Assembly: GCA_030647775.1 (NCBI GenBank)
Contig: JAUSJC010000007.1
Location: 50,038-114,037 of the forward strand
Source: Candidatus Curtissbacteria bacterium
GTDB taxonomy: Bacteria; Patescibacteriota; Microgenomatia; Curtissbacterales; GWA2-41-24
Direction of reading: 5' to 3'
DNA length: 64,000 nucleotides
Part shown: in pieces, positions 26,642 through 34,984 of the stretch
How positions within the stretch are numbered: position 1 is the first letter of the stretch
Layout: each line of letters starts with the position of its first letter
Position numbers and translations under genes: made by a program
The notes under the pieces: generated by a model
Told to the model about the DNA's origin: nothing
Seen by the model: only the letters and a program-made list of their open reading frames with translations
Databases searched by the model: none

Positions 26642-27499
26642 CTACTTATTGTTCTGCAAGATTAGTATATATTGATTGTGAATATTGGGAACATAAGAAA
26701 AAGGATATCCATAGGGAAAGATTTTTTTGCGGCTTTGATAGAGTATAGTTATTCCTTTCAATTTATAATTCTTTTGTTCTAATTTGTTAGCAAGATCTGC
26801 ATGGAACATATAATATCTATCTTTGTGTCTAAAATCGCTAACTACTATACATAAATATTTCTTTGGTTTTAAAATCCGACTACAATCATTGAAAAAACCG
26901 GACAAAATTTCAAGAAACTGATCATAATCAGTAATATTTCCTAAATCTTCTTTAAGTTCACTATATTTTGTGTCTAGACCATTTGAAATCCGAGTGGAAA
27001 TGACTTTATGGTCAGCCTTTTTATTTAAAATACTCCAGTACGGAGGACTCGTTACAATAAAATCAAAATGGTCATCTTTAAAATCTTCGACCACTTTCAG
27101 CGCATCTCCTTGAATAACAGACTGGTCTTTATTGTCAAATAAACCATTGAGTTCAGTCTCAAGTCTCTTTTTCGTTAACTCCACATATTTAGGAACTAAC
27201 TCAATACCGACACCCCTTCGATTTAATATAGCGCAGGCCTTAAGAGTAGATCCTACTCCAACAAAAGGGTCTAATACTTTCTGCCCTGATTTCGTAAAGA
27301 ACCTGATTAGCCTTCCCACGTCTTGGAAAGAATATGGAGCGGGATGTTGTTTCTCAATTTGAGCTTCTTTATGGCCTGCCCCTAATCCTTTTTGAACATA
27401 CACCGAGATTGTTTCGGGAATCCATTCTGAGGCTGAAAGATCATTAAGATTATTTACAAGTTTCCTCTTCAACTGCCCATCGTTTATATTTAAACCCAT
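26642..27499 (-). CDS. DNA methyltransferase (SPPY motif, probable N4-cytosine type)
   Basis: Motif I 'DPFVGVGST' then motif IV 'TSPPYW'; SPPY/SPPF is characteristic of m4C methyltransferases. Confidence 0.7.
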   Translation of the reverse strand: MGLNINDGQLKRKLVNNLNDLSASEWIPETISVYVQKGLGAGHKEAQIEKQHPAPYSFQDVGRLIRFFTKSGQKVLDPFVGVGSTLKACAILNRRGVGIELVPKYVELTKKRLETELNGLFDNKDQSVIQGDALKVVEDFKDDHFDFIVTSPPYWSILNKKADHKVISTRISNGLDTKYSELKEDLGNITDYDQFLEILSGFFNDCSRILKPKKYLCIVVSDFRHKDRYYMFHADLANKLEQKNYKLKGITILYQSRKKIFPYGYPFSYVPNIHNQYILILQNNK

Positions 27500-27671
27500 T
27501 GTTATTATTAAATTTATTCTACACAGTATCTAACCACAATTAACACACAACATTAAATATACGAATAAAACCCGAAGATGTCAAGCGTGGACTTGACCCT
27601 AATTAAACCTAGTTGGGTTGTGTAACAACAAAAAACCAAGTAAGATCTATCACAAATCTTAAAATAATTAG

Positions 27672-27938
27672 ATGAACCCACTAGAACACATAGAAAAAAT
27701 TCAACAAGTAACAGACATCAACGAAAAAATAAGGTTGCGAACAGAATTTAAAGAAAAATATCCAAACGAATTTGAAGAATACATGAAGGCAATACCCAAA
27801 CAAAAACAGAGACCGCCACTTTGCTATGGTTGCAAGCATTTTATAAAAAGCGGTGATTGCGAATTAAATCTATTCCCGATTGGGAATGTTTTTAAGGATG
27901 TTATTAATTACACATGTCCCTCTTTTGAGAAAAAATAA
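27672..27938 (+). CDS. hypothetical small Cys-containing protein
   Basis: 88-aa ORF containing 'CYGCKHF...C...C'. Confidence 0.3.
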   Translation: MNPLEHIEKIQQVTDINEKIRLRTEFKEKYPNEFEEYMKAIPKQKQRPPLCYGCKHFIKSGDCELNLFPIGNVFKDVINYTCPSFEKK

Positions 27939-28051
27939 ACGGAAATTGACACCTTTCCTCCCAAATAATAATCTATACTTGTGTTAAAAACCCTGGAAAA
28001 AGAAAAAGCATATAAGGTTGGCCGGAAGAAATTGCAATTGTGGATGGGAAA

Positions 28052-28639
28052 TTAGGAATTATTCTTTAAGATTCCTTCCTTTTGCAGTCTTCTTAAAATA
28101 ACAGCGTCTGAAACTTGAAAAATTTCAGGTAGATCCTGCACAGCTGGAGCAATGATTTCCGGTAATTCCATGGATGGAATTTTTCCGAGCCGCTTTTTTA
28201 ATTCTTCAAGCAATTGCTCAGTTGGAACCAAAACCAATCCCGCAAAAGTATGTGCTTGTATTTCAGTAAACTTGTAAACTTGCTCATCTATTCGATCATG
28301 AGATGTAAGATATTCTTCAAAATTATTCGGTCCGTACTTTTCGTACCATTCCTTGTGCAATATTAAATGACCAACTTCATGGGCGATGGAAAATCTCGTT
28401 CTTTCGGGAAAACGCGTGAAATAATTTTCATCAACCGTTATTTGGGTAAAGTCCGAACTTATAAATGCATCTACTCCAATTAATGATCTAATGCCTGGTA
28501 CCGCGAACAGAGCAATTCCCATTTTGCTTTCAACTATATTTTCAATTGGAATTGGTAGGGTTAGCGAGGAATGATATGTCTGTAAAAATTTATCTGCTGC
28601 TCGTGCTACATCTACTAATCTTAAATTCGGTCCTTGCAT
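28052..28639 (-). CDS. ImmA/IrrE-family metallo-endopeptidase (DUF955)
   Basis: 'SIAHEVGHLILH' HExxH motif in the DUF955 context; immediately downstream of an XRE HTH gene. Confidence 0.7.
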   Translation of the reverse strand: MQGPNLRLVDVARAADKFLQTYHSSLTLPIPIENIVESKMGIALFAVPGIRSLIGVDAFISSDFTQITVDENYFTRFPERTRFSIAHEVGHLILHKEWYEKYGPNNFEEYLTSHDRIDEQVYKFTEIQAHTFAGLVLVPTEQLLEELKKRLGKIPSMELPEIIAPAVQDLPEIFQVSDAVILRRLQKEGILKNNS

Positions 28640-28642
28640 CCA

Positions 28643-29038
28643 TTATTCCTTCTTACCGACATCATTGAGAAGCTTGATTAATTGGATAATTTTCTTTTTA
28701 TCCAACTTTTCACCTCTAGCAGTTCTGTAAAAGGCAGGCAAAATAGAAAGAATGTGTGGACTTTTAAGCAAATCCTCTGGGAGTTTTCCTTTTGCTGCAT
28801 GAGCAAGATCAAAGAATATTGTCCATTCTTCGCTGTCGCGCGGAATTTTTAAGGCTAATGCGTATCCTTCAAGTTTTTGTTTATCTATGCTTGGAGGAAG
28901 AATATTTCTTTCAAGTCTGCTGATGTTACCCGGGTCGTAGCTATACCTTTCACAAAAAGATCTCAAGGTAAACCCTAAGGTTATTCTTTTTAATCTGAAA
29001 AATTCTCCGAAGGTTTGAGCAGTGTCTTGACTTTTCAC
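28643..29038 (-). CDS. XRE-family helix-turn-helix transcriptional regulator
   Basis: N-terminal 'FGEFFRLKRITLGFTLRSFCERYSYDPGNISRLERN' HTH_3-like segment; 4-nt gap before the ImmA partner. Confidence 0.6.
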   Translation of the reverse strand: MKSQDTAQTFGEFFRLKRITLGFTLRSFCERYSYDPGNISRLERNILPPSIDKQKLEGYALALKIPRDSEEWTIFFDLAHAAKGKLPEDLLKSPHILSILPAFYRTARGEKLDKKKIIQLIKLLNDVGKKE

Positions 29039-29129
29039 AGGAAGTGTTGTAAAAATATTACAACGTTATTTTAACGCAGCACTTGACTATTGTCAAGTCG
29101 ACAAAAAATTAGAAAGGCGGTGAATAAAA

Positions 29130-29339
29130 ATGGCAGTATTTAAGATCTACAAAGACGTTCAAGGCTATTACCGATGGCGATTCCGAGCAGCTAACAATAA
29201 AATCATCGCCGACAGCGGTGAAGGATACGTAAAGTGGCAAGATGCGAAAGCAGGAATAGATTTTATTAAGAAATATGCACCTGATGCCGAAGTTAAAGAC
29301 TTAACCGCACAAAAAACTGCTCGAGGACTCTTTAGTTAA
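29130..29339 (+). CDS. DUF1508 (YegP-like) protein
   Basis: 'FKIYKDVQGYYRWRFRAANNKIIADSGEGY' matches the DUF1508 repeat. Confidence 0.55.
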   Translation: MAVFKIYKDVQGYYRWRFRAANNKIIADSGEGYVKWQDAKAGIDFIKKYAPDAEVKDLTAQKTARGLFS

Positions 29340-29391
29340 AGGAGGTGAAGTCGATGAAATTTATACAAATTGCGGTTACCCGCGCAGGGGA

Positions 29392-29553
29392 AATGTATTT
29401 AGTATTTAGGATTGTGGTTTAGTCCCAGTACTAGATTCCGGGCTTGGAGTCGGCGAGGGAATTACTGTTGGATTAAATACGGGTTCGACAAGCTCACTGC
29501 TATAACTTGTACCTCCGCGATATCTGTCACCTTAAGCACGTTGGGATTTTAGC
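29392..29553. repeat. repeat family C copy 1 (about 160 nt)
   Basis: About 80% identical to 31528..31667. It contains the hairpin ACAAGCT-N9-AGCTTGT and the conserved 'CCGCGATATCTGTCACCTTA'. Confidence 0.65.
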
Positions 29554-29831
29554 TTCGTTTCTTGAGCAGCTAATTAATTTTGGCTTGGATGGTAAAAAAC
29601 TAAAACTGTCCGAACTTAAAAAACACTTTAGTAGGTTGCAGATAGATCCGGCGAAAAAAAGGTATTTGAAGTTTTTGCTCTCCTCGCCCCAATGAGCCAA
29701 ACACACATTCTAACTGAGAGGCAAAAGCTTCTTTGAATGAGCGCGATTGGCAGGATTTTTTTCTGATCTGGAATGTTATAATCCCCAAAGCAGCAGACCG
29801 GTTAGAATTTCGTCCAACCAGCCGCTCCCAT

Positions 29832-29877
29832 GCGCCTGTAGCTCAACGGATATCAGCAGCGCTTCGCGCTCTGATAT
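29832..29877 (+). other. tRNA 5' fragment (acceptor plus D-arm of the tRNA-Arg family) fused to an unrelated hairpin
   Basis: 'GCGCCTGTAGCTCAACGGATA' is identical to the 5' 21 nt of the tRNA-Arg-like genes, then 'TCAGCAGCGCTTCGCGCTCTGATA'. Confidence 0.4.
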
Positions 29878-29912
29878 TTTTAAGTTACACTTAAAAAGAG
29901 AGCAAATTTTAT

Positions 29913-29985
29913 GCGCCTGTAGCTCAATGGATAGAGCACTCGCGTTCTAAGCGATTGGTTGGGGGTTCGAATCCCTCCAGGCGCA
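29913..29985 (+). tRNA. tRNA-Arg(TCT), canonical copy
   Basis: Acceptor GCGCCTG/CAGGCGC, anticodon loop GUUCUAA, T-loop GGTTCGAATCC. Confidence 0.75.
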
Positions 29986-29995
29986 CATAAAATTA

Positions 29996-30075
29996 ATCGC
30001 GTTCTAAGCGAATGATTGGGGGTTCGCTTTTTTCGCGCAGCGAAAAACTCGAGAAGTCAGATCCCTCCAGGCGCA
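29996..30075 (+). other. tRNA-Arg(TCT) 3'-half fragment (anticodon stem to 3' end) carrying the T-loop hairpin insertion; att-like
   Basis: 'TCGCGTTCTAAGCGAATGATTGGGGGTTCG-CTTTTTTCGCGCAGCGAAAAACTCGAGAAGTCAG-ATCCCTCCAGGCGCA'; the same insertion as at 22732..22834 with compensatory changes in its stem. Confidence 0.5.
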
Positions 30076-30244
30076 CACACGTCTTGCTCCGACGTAAACG
30101 CTTCAGTTTCTCTCATGTATAATATTTTTAGTGAAGATTTCCGGCGGGCTTGTTGTTAATCTTATTGCAGGTTTAAAAGGACTTATGTCAAAAACATATA
30201 CCAAAAATTAAGAAAGATGTTTGTGGAGATGAATAAAAATTACT

Positions 30245-30772
30245 ATGGCTAAAAAACAGGCAATAAAAAAATTACCGGATAATCAAATCGCTTTCTATCA
30301 ATCACCTGATGGATCAGTGAATATTGAAGTGCTGTTTGCCGAAGAAAATATCTGGCTCACCCAAAAGAAAATGGCAGAGCTTTTTGATTGCTCAACAGAT
30401 AATATCTCGCTTCATCTAAAAAACATCTTTGGGGAAAAAGAATTGGATAAAGATTCAGTTACCGAGGAATACTCGACAACCATGACAAGCGGTTTAATGA
30501 GAGGGTCAAATATAGTTGCCTCGGTGCCAAAATATCTAGTGATGCCAGAAGAGAGAGAAGAGCAATTCAACAGAAAAATAAAGTCGCCTTTATTCGCAGA
30601 AAGATTCAAAGATGATAATTGGCAAATCCTTTATTTTGATTCAATCAGAAATAATTGGAAAAAACTTAAACAGAAAAATATAAAACTTGGCTCATTAGTG
30701 GGTAAAAAAGGCCCAGAAGCACTCCGCCCTAATTCTAATGAAAATGATAATGGACAAATAGGACTTTTATAA
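30245..30772 (+). CDS. RhuM-like (virulence protein RhuM family) DNA-binding protein
   Basis: 'IAFYQSPDGSVNIEVLFAEENIWLTQKKMAELFDCSTDNISLHLKNIF' matches the RhuM N-terminal signature. Confidence 0.55.
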   Translation: MAKKQAIKKLPDNQIAFYQSPDGSVNIEVLFAEENIWLTQKKMAELFDCSTDNISLHLKNIFGEKELDKDSVTEEYSTTMTSGLMRGSNIVASVPKYLVMPEEREEQFNRKIKSPLFAERFKDDNWQILYFDSIRNNWKKLKQKNIKLGSLVGKKGPEALRPNSNENDNGQIGLL

Positions 30773-30815
30773 TAAATGGGGCTTATTGATCACAAAAATC
30801 TAAAAATTATTAAGA

Positions 30816-31313
30816 TTATTTTAAATACCTATAAATTCCGAAAACATGAATAGCTTTTCTCTTTATCACGTTTATATGTGTTTCTAGCTTATAAATATTT
30901 GCCGGAAAGTCCTTGATATCTTTTGTCATAAGATAAATGTTTTTACCATATTTAACTAATGTTCCACCTAATAAAAGGTCTACGATTGAGATATCTTTAC
31001 CTTCTATTCCGTAAAGTTTTAATAACCCGATTGCATTGTCAAATACACCCTTTTCCAGAGGTATAATTGCATCAATGATTTCATCAAGGAATTTTTTCTT
31101 TTCTTCAAAAATCTTCAATTCAAAAGAACCTTTAGTAAACTCAATTAACACGGCATTGACGGTAACTAAAGTCACGCCATTTCCTTTCAATTCATTGAAG
31201 AATTTGCCATATTCACCCGGATTATGGAACGCGTCTATAAAGACATTTGTATCAAGAAGCAAATGAGAATTTTTAAGAGTTTGGAAAAATCCCTGAGGTG
31301 TTACTATTTGCAT
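30816..31313 (-). CDS. PIN-domain toxin (VapC-like)
   Basis: 'LLLDTNVFIDA' N-terminal acidic motif; further conserved acidic residues downstream. Confidence 0.65.
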   Translation of the reverse strand: MQIVTPQGFFQTLKNSHLLLDTNVFIDAFHNPGEYGKFFNELKGNGVTLVTVNAVLIEFTKGSFELKIFEEKKKFLDEIIDAIIPLEKGVFDNAIGLLKLYGIEGKDISIVDLLLGGTLVKYGKNIYLMTKDIKDFPANIYKLETHINVIKRKAIHVFGIYRYLK

Positions 31314-31449
31314 CGCTTCTAGTTTTTTCGAGATACCTTTCCTCTTCGTCGAAATATTTCTTTATTTTAGCTGCAAGTTTTTCAAACTTATTAATATCAA
31401 TCTTTTTGCCCTTTTTAGTTTTGGGAAGAGTTTCACTTTTTGTTTTCAT
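31273..31449 (-). CDS. putative antitoxin partner of the PIN toxin
   Basis: Small basic ORF 'MKTKSETLPKTKKGKKIDINKFEKLAAKIKKYF...' overlapping the PIN gene start. The ORF-track start at 31509 would run into repeat C2, so the internal Met is preferred. Confidence 0.4.
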   Translation of the reverse strand: MKTKSETLPKTKKGKKIDINKFEKLAAKIKKYFDEEERYLEKTRSDANSNTSGIFPNS

Positions 31450-31527
31450 TTTGATGACCTCTAAATATAGTATACCATTTGTCGTAAATACTCTAAGTAC
31501 CCAAAACAATTCCCGTCGCGCCTTGGA

Positions 31528-31667
31528 GATGTATTTAGTTTAGGGCCTGGAAGCGCCAGATGTTGACTCTACCGGGCTGGGAGTCGGTGAGGAGATTACG
31601 GTGGCGTTAAATACGGGTTCGACAAGCTCACTGCTATAGCTTGTACCTCCGCGATATCTGTCACCTT
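31528..31667. repeat. repeat family C copy 2
   Basis: See copy 1. Confidence 0.65.
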
Positions 31668-31904
31668 ATTTCAATAGACTTTCTTTGGAAGTTCAAAATA
31701 GAAATCTTATGAGGTGTGTTTATAGCTCTTGGAGCAAAGATTAAAACGACTCTTGTGGTGCTAATCTGTCGTATTCCGTAGATAATTTTTTTTGCAACTT
31801 ATTCGAACCACGTACCGCTTCTTTAATTATTCGTTTCTTTTCTTTAGCGGGTAATTCGAAGAAGTTTGTACCTTTGTCTTTTTTGATCAAGAAATTGAGT
31901 ACTT

Positions 31905-32633
31905 TCATTTAATTAATCTCTCCAGATCTTGTTCATTGTACCCTATTTTAAGGTGGTTATCAATCATATCGATATTAAACTTAGTATTCTCTTGCTCATT
32001 TGTATAATTCTTCTCAACTAAATGAAGCTCAATTTTATCACCAAGAATCTTTTTCACTTTATTCACGTTCGCTTTAGCTAAAAAGAACGAATTTATAAAC
32101 ATATCTTTTGAAACATGTCTTCCTTCAACCTTTTCTCTCTTCTTTGTAAAATCCCATGCAATAAGAGGATCCTGGTATAGGTAGAAAATACCAACCTTCC
32201 GACCTCTATTTAAGGCTCTCTTAACATCTTGAAACCCTTTACCAAAGTCAGAAAACGTTCCATCAACAATAACATTCTGACTTCTTTTTTGAACTTCATC
32301 GTAAAGTTTCTCAACGCCTAATGCGGCCGCCCCTTGAAACTTGTAAGCATTGCCGCCCGTGTAGCCTGGAATAATATCCCTAATTTCGTCAGCGTCTATC
32401 CTAATAATTTTTGTATTGGGATCGTAGTTTTTTATAAACGACTTAGAATATTCTGTTTTGCCTGCACCAGGGGAACCGGCCATAAAAATTGTGAAAGGGT
32501 TGGATACGCCAGGAAATTTAGTAGGGTCAGCAAATTTTTCAATAAGCAAATTCTTATTATCTCTAACCCATTTCTTTGCTTTTTCTTCTAGATCATTATT
32601 ATTCATCGACTGATTATAGCAATTAAGGATCAC
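31905..32633 (-). CDS. zeta-toxin family P-loop kinase
   Basis: Walker A 'GSPGAGKT' in a zeta-toxin-like context ('IFMAGSPGAGKTEYS...RIDADE'). Confidence 0.7.
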   Translation of the reverse strand: MILNCYNQSMNNNDLEEKAKKWVRDNKNLLIEKFADPTKFPGVSNPFTIFMAGSPGAGKTEYSKSFIKNYDPNTKIIRIDADEIRDIIPGYTGGNAYKFQGAAALGVEKLYDEVQKRSQNVIVDGTFSDFGKGFQDVKRALNRGRKVGIFYLYQDPLIAWDFTKKREKVEGRHVSKDMFINSFFLAKANVNKVKKILGDKIELHLVEKNYTNEQENTKFNIDMIDNHLKIGYNEQDLERLIK

Positions 32634-32659
32634 ACCTTACTGCGCCGAAGAAGTAGACT

Positions 32660-32742
32660 GAGGGACAGGAGAAGAAATCATTGTTGCATTGAATACTTGA
32701 ACCTCGGCGATATCTGTCACCTTAAGCACGTTGGTATTTTAC
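32660..32742. repeat. repeat family C copy 3 (internally deleted)
   Basis: 'ACCTCGGCGATATCTGTCACCTTAAGCACGTTGGTATTTTA' matches the 3' 45 nt of copy 1 (including the 'AAGCACGTTGG' tail); the central hairpin is missing. Confidence 0.55.
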
Positions 32743-32798
32743 CAAAATTGACCTAATTTAGTTTTGGTGAGTACGTTTGCGGTTGTCTAATATATAAT

Positions 32799-33344
32799 TT
32801 GCTTGTGGGACTGATTGTAAATGTCTTAATAAGACTCGGAATCTTTTATTTTCTGGGGGAGGTTTTGCTTTTTGCCGACGACCCGAGGTTTGCCGGCAAA
32901 GCCATCCCGATCAGGAACTTGGTGATTGTAATTTCGCTTAGCCTGCTTTTTCCGCTTCTCTATTTTTTAAAGAAGAAGTCAAGAAAATATCCTTTGTGGT
33001 TCGACAACCTTTACCTTTCAATTTTTCTTTTGGATATGGCCGGCAACTCCTTTAATTTATACGACCGCTATTTTTATTTTGATTTAATCCCCCATTTCCA
33101 CGGGACCGGCGCCATCAGCGCGGTTATGGCCGGGGCTTTTGGGCTTGGCGGTTTGGCGGCAGTCGGGCTTGCCAATATTATCCATATGGTTTTAGAGGCG
33201 CAGGAATATTACACGGATGTTTTCTTTAAAACCCATAACGTGCGGGGTATTGGCGATACGGTCAATGACCTTAGCGTCGGGCTGATCGGTTCGGCTGTCT
33301 ACATTGGGTTTTTGATTTTGGTGAAGAGACTGGCGAAAAAGTGA
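32799..33344 (+). CDS. hypothetical polytopic membrane protein
   Basis: 181 aa, about five TM helices. Confidence 0.4.
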   Translation: MLVGLIVNVLIRLGIFYFLGEVLLFADDPRFAGKAIPIRNLVIVISLSLLFPLLYFLKKKSRKYPLWFDNLYLSIFLLDMAGNSFNLYDRYFYFDLIPHFHGTGAISAVMAGAFGLGGLAAVGLANIIHMVLEAQEYYTDVFFKTHNVRGIGDTVNDLSVGLIGSAVYIGFLILVKRLAKK

Positions 33345-33355
33345 CGCTAATTTTT

Positions 33356-34732
33356 TTACTTTGGGAGTTTGGCAATGAGGGGTAGGATATTTTTGTAAGT
33401 GACCTGGTATTTATAAGGGTGATAGAGAAACGCGGCGGGAGCATCATCGACTAGAAACCTCTGGAAGTCGAAGTAGAGATTTTTTCTGTCATCTTCGTTT
33501 TCCGTACTTCTAGCATCCTCTAATAGTTTATCAATTTTGACATTTTTATAGTTGGTGATATTGGTTGTATTTATCTGGGAAGAATGCCAAAGGCCGTATT
33601 GGTCGGGGTCCGGTGAGAGTCTGTTTGTTGTAAGGAAAGCCTGAAAGTTTTTAGGCACTCCCTTTTCCTGTTTGAGGGCAACTTCGAAACCGACCGCTTC
33701 CCAATCCTTCTTAATGGATTTGGCCGTTTCTTCTAAAGATTGCATGTAACTTAAGGTGATTTTTAGGCTCGCTGAATTTACTTTGGATATCAGTTCTTTG
33801 GCGCGGGAGGTATTGTAATCGTACCTTTTGACCTGCTCACTGTAAGCCCAGTTTTTTGGTGATATCGGGCCGGTTGCTCCAACCCCATCAAATTCCGACT
33901 TGTTAACTGCAAAATTGAGGGCTTGGCGCAGGTCTTTTGAAGACAGCACCGGATCGTTATTATTGAAAAAGACGGTGACAACTTCATCCAGGGCAGCTTT
34001 TTTTTGGACTTCTAAATTGGGCCAGTTTTCAAATTCCTTAGCATTGGCAACAGAGGCCGTTTTAATTTCCCCAATTTTTACGGCTTCCAGCGCTTGGGTT
34101 TCGGTCTGATAAAATTTAATGTCGACATTTGGGAGGTTCTTATCCTTAGGAACAAGGCTAATTTTTTTAACAACGCTGGCGATCTGGTCTATACCAACGA
34201 TTCTAAACTCCCCTACACCATAAAAACTTTTGGCCTTAAAAACCGGTTTATTGAGAGCAAGGGGAAAGGAATAGATCGGATTCGGAAGTTTAAACTGGAT
34301 GGATTTGTTGTTGAGAGCTGTGATTTGGACGTTTTTAATGGCGATTGAAATATCGTTGGCATTCACCTGTGTGCCGTCATGCCACTTAAGATTATCCTTT
34401 AAAAATACCGTGTATGTTTTGCCGCCATCTGTGACTTGCCAATGCGAAGCAAGAGAAGGAACGGGTCTATCTTTCTCGTCAACCGTGGTTAGGGATTGGG
34501 TTGCCAAAAGGAGTGTTTGTGTCGAAATAGTTTCAAGGGTGTAAGAACCGACGTAGCCCATGCTTATGTAGTTTGTTTGGGAAAGCCGGGGAATAATTTT
34601 GTAAGCGCCAAAAACGACCGCTCCCAAAACCAGCATTGAAATTAGAATTCTTAATCTGTATCTAGATACGTAAGCGGAGCCAAGATGCCACCAAAAACGA
34701 ATGCGTCGGAGTTTAACTTTCAGAGACAGCAT
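33356..34732 (-). CDS. membrane-anchored extracellular solute-binding protein (family 5 / peptide-nickel-type SBP-like)
   Basis: N-terminal TM helix, 458 aa, overall resemblance to SBP_bac_5; weakly supported. Confidence 0.45.
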   Translation of the reverse strand: MLSLKVKLRRIRFWWHLGSAYVSRYRLRILISMLVLGAVVFGAYKIIPRLSQTNYISMGYVGSYTLETISTQTLLLATQSLTTVDEKDRPVPSLASHWQVTDGGKTYTVFLKDNLKWHDGTQVNANDISIAIKNVQITALNNKSIQFKLPNPIYSFPLALNKPVFKAKSFYGVGEFRIVGIDQIASVVKKISLVPKDKNLPNVDIKFYQTETQALEAVKIGEIKTASVANAKEFENWPNLEVQKKAALDEVVTVFFNNNDPVLSSKDLRQALNFAVNKSEFDGVGATGPISPKNWAYSEQVKRYDYNTSRAKELISKVNSASLKITLSYMQSLEETAKSIKKDWEAVGFEVALKQEKGVPKNFQAFLTTNRLSPDPDQYGLWHSSQINTTNITNYKNVKIDKLLEDARSTENEDDRKNLYFDFQRFLVDDAPAAFLYHPYKYQVTYKNILPLIAKLPK

Positions 34733-34948
34733 TTAGATAATTACCTGAACAATAGAAAGAACCAAAAATAAAAACGCGAGAATTACGGTGAAAGCGACAA
34801 AAAGTTTTTCGATTCCCCTTTTGGACCTGTAAAATCCCCCTTGGCCGCCGAATACTGTTGAGATACCCGAGCCTTTGGCCTGCATGAGAATGATGAGGAT
34901 GAGAAGAGCAGAAATTATTATTTGGACTATGAGTAAAATAGTTTTCAT
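34733..34948 (-). CDS. secG: preprotein translocase subunit SecG
   Basis: 71 aa, two TM helices, 'LMQAKGSGISTVFGG' signature. Confidence 0.7.
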   Translation of the reverse strand: MKTILLIVQIIISALLILIILMQAKGSGISTVFGGQGGFYRSKRGIEKLFVAFTVILAFLFLVLSIVQVII

Positions 34949-34984
34949 TTTTTAATACTTGTTTTAAAAAACAAGCTCTCTTAT

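Noticed and set aside
31760-31897. Small minus-strand ORF downstream of the zeta-toxin gene as its epsilon antitoxin
   Set aside because: Epsilon-type antitoxins are normally encoded upstream of zeta. This ORF is short, unannotated and overlaps the toxin stop, so the toxin may be orphan or its antitoxin unrecognised.
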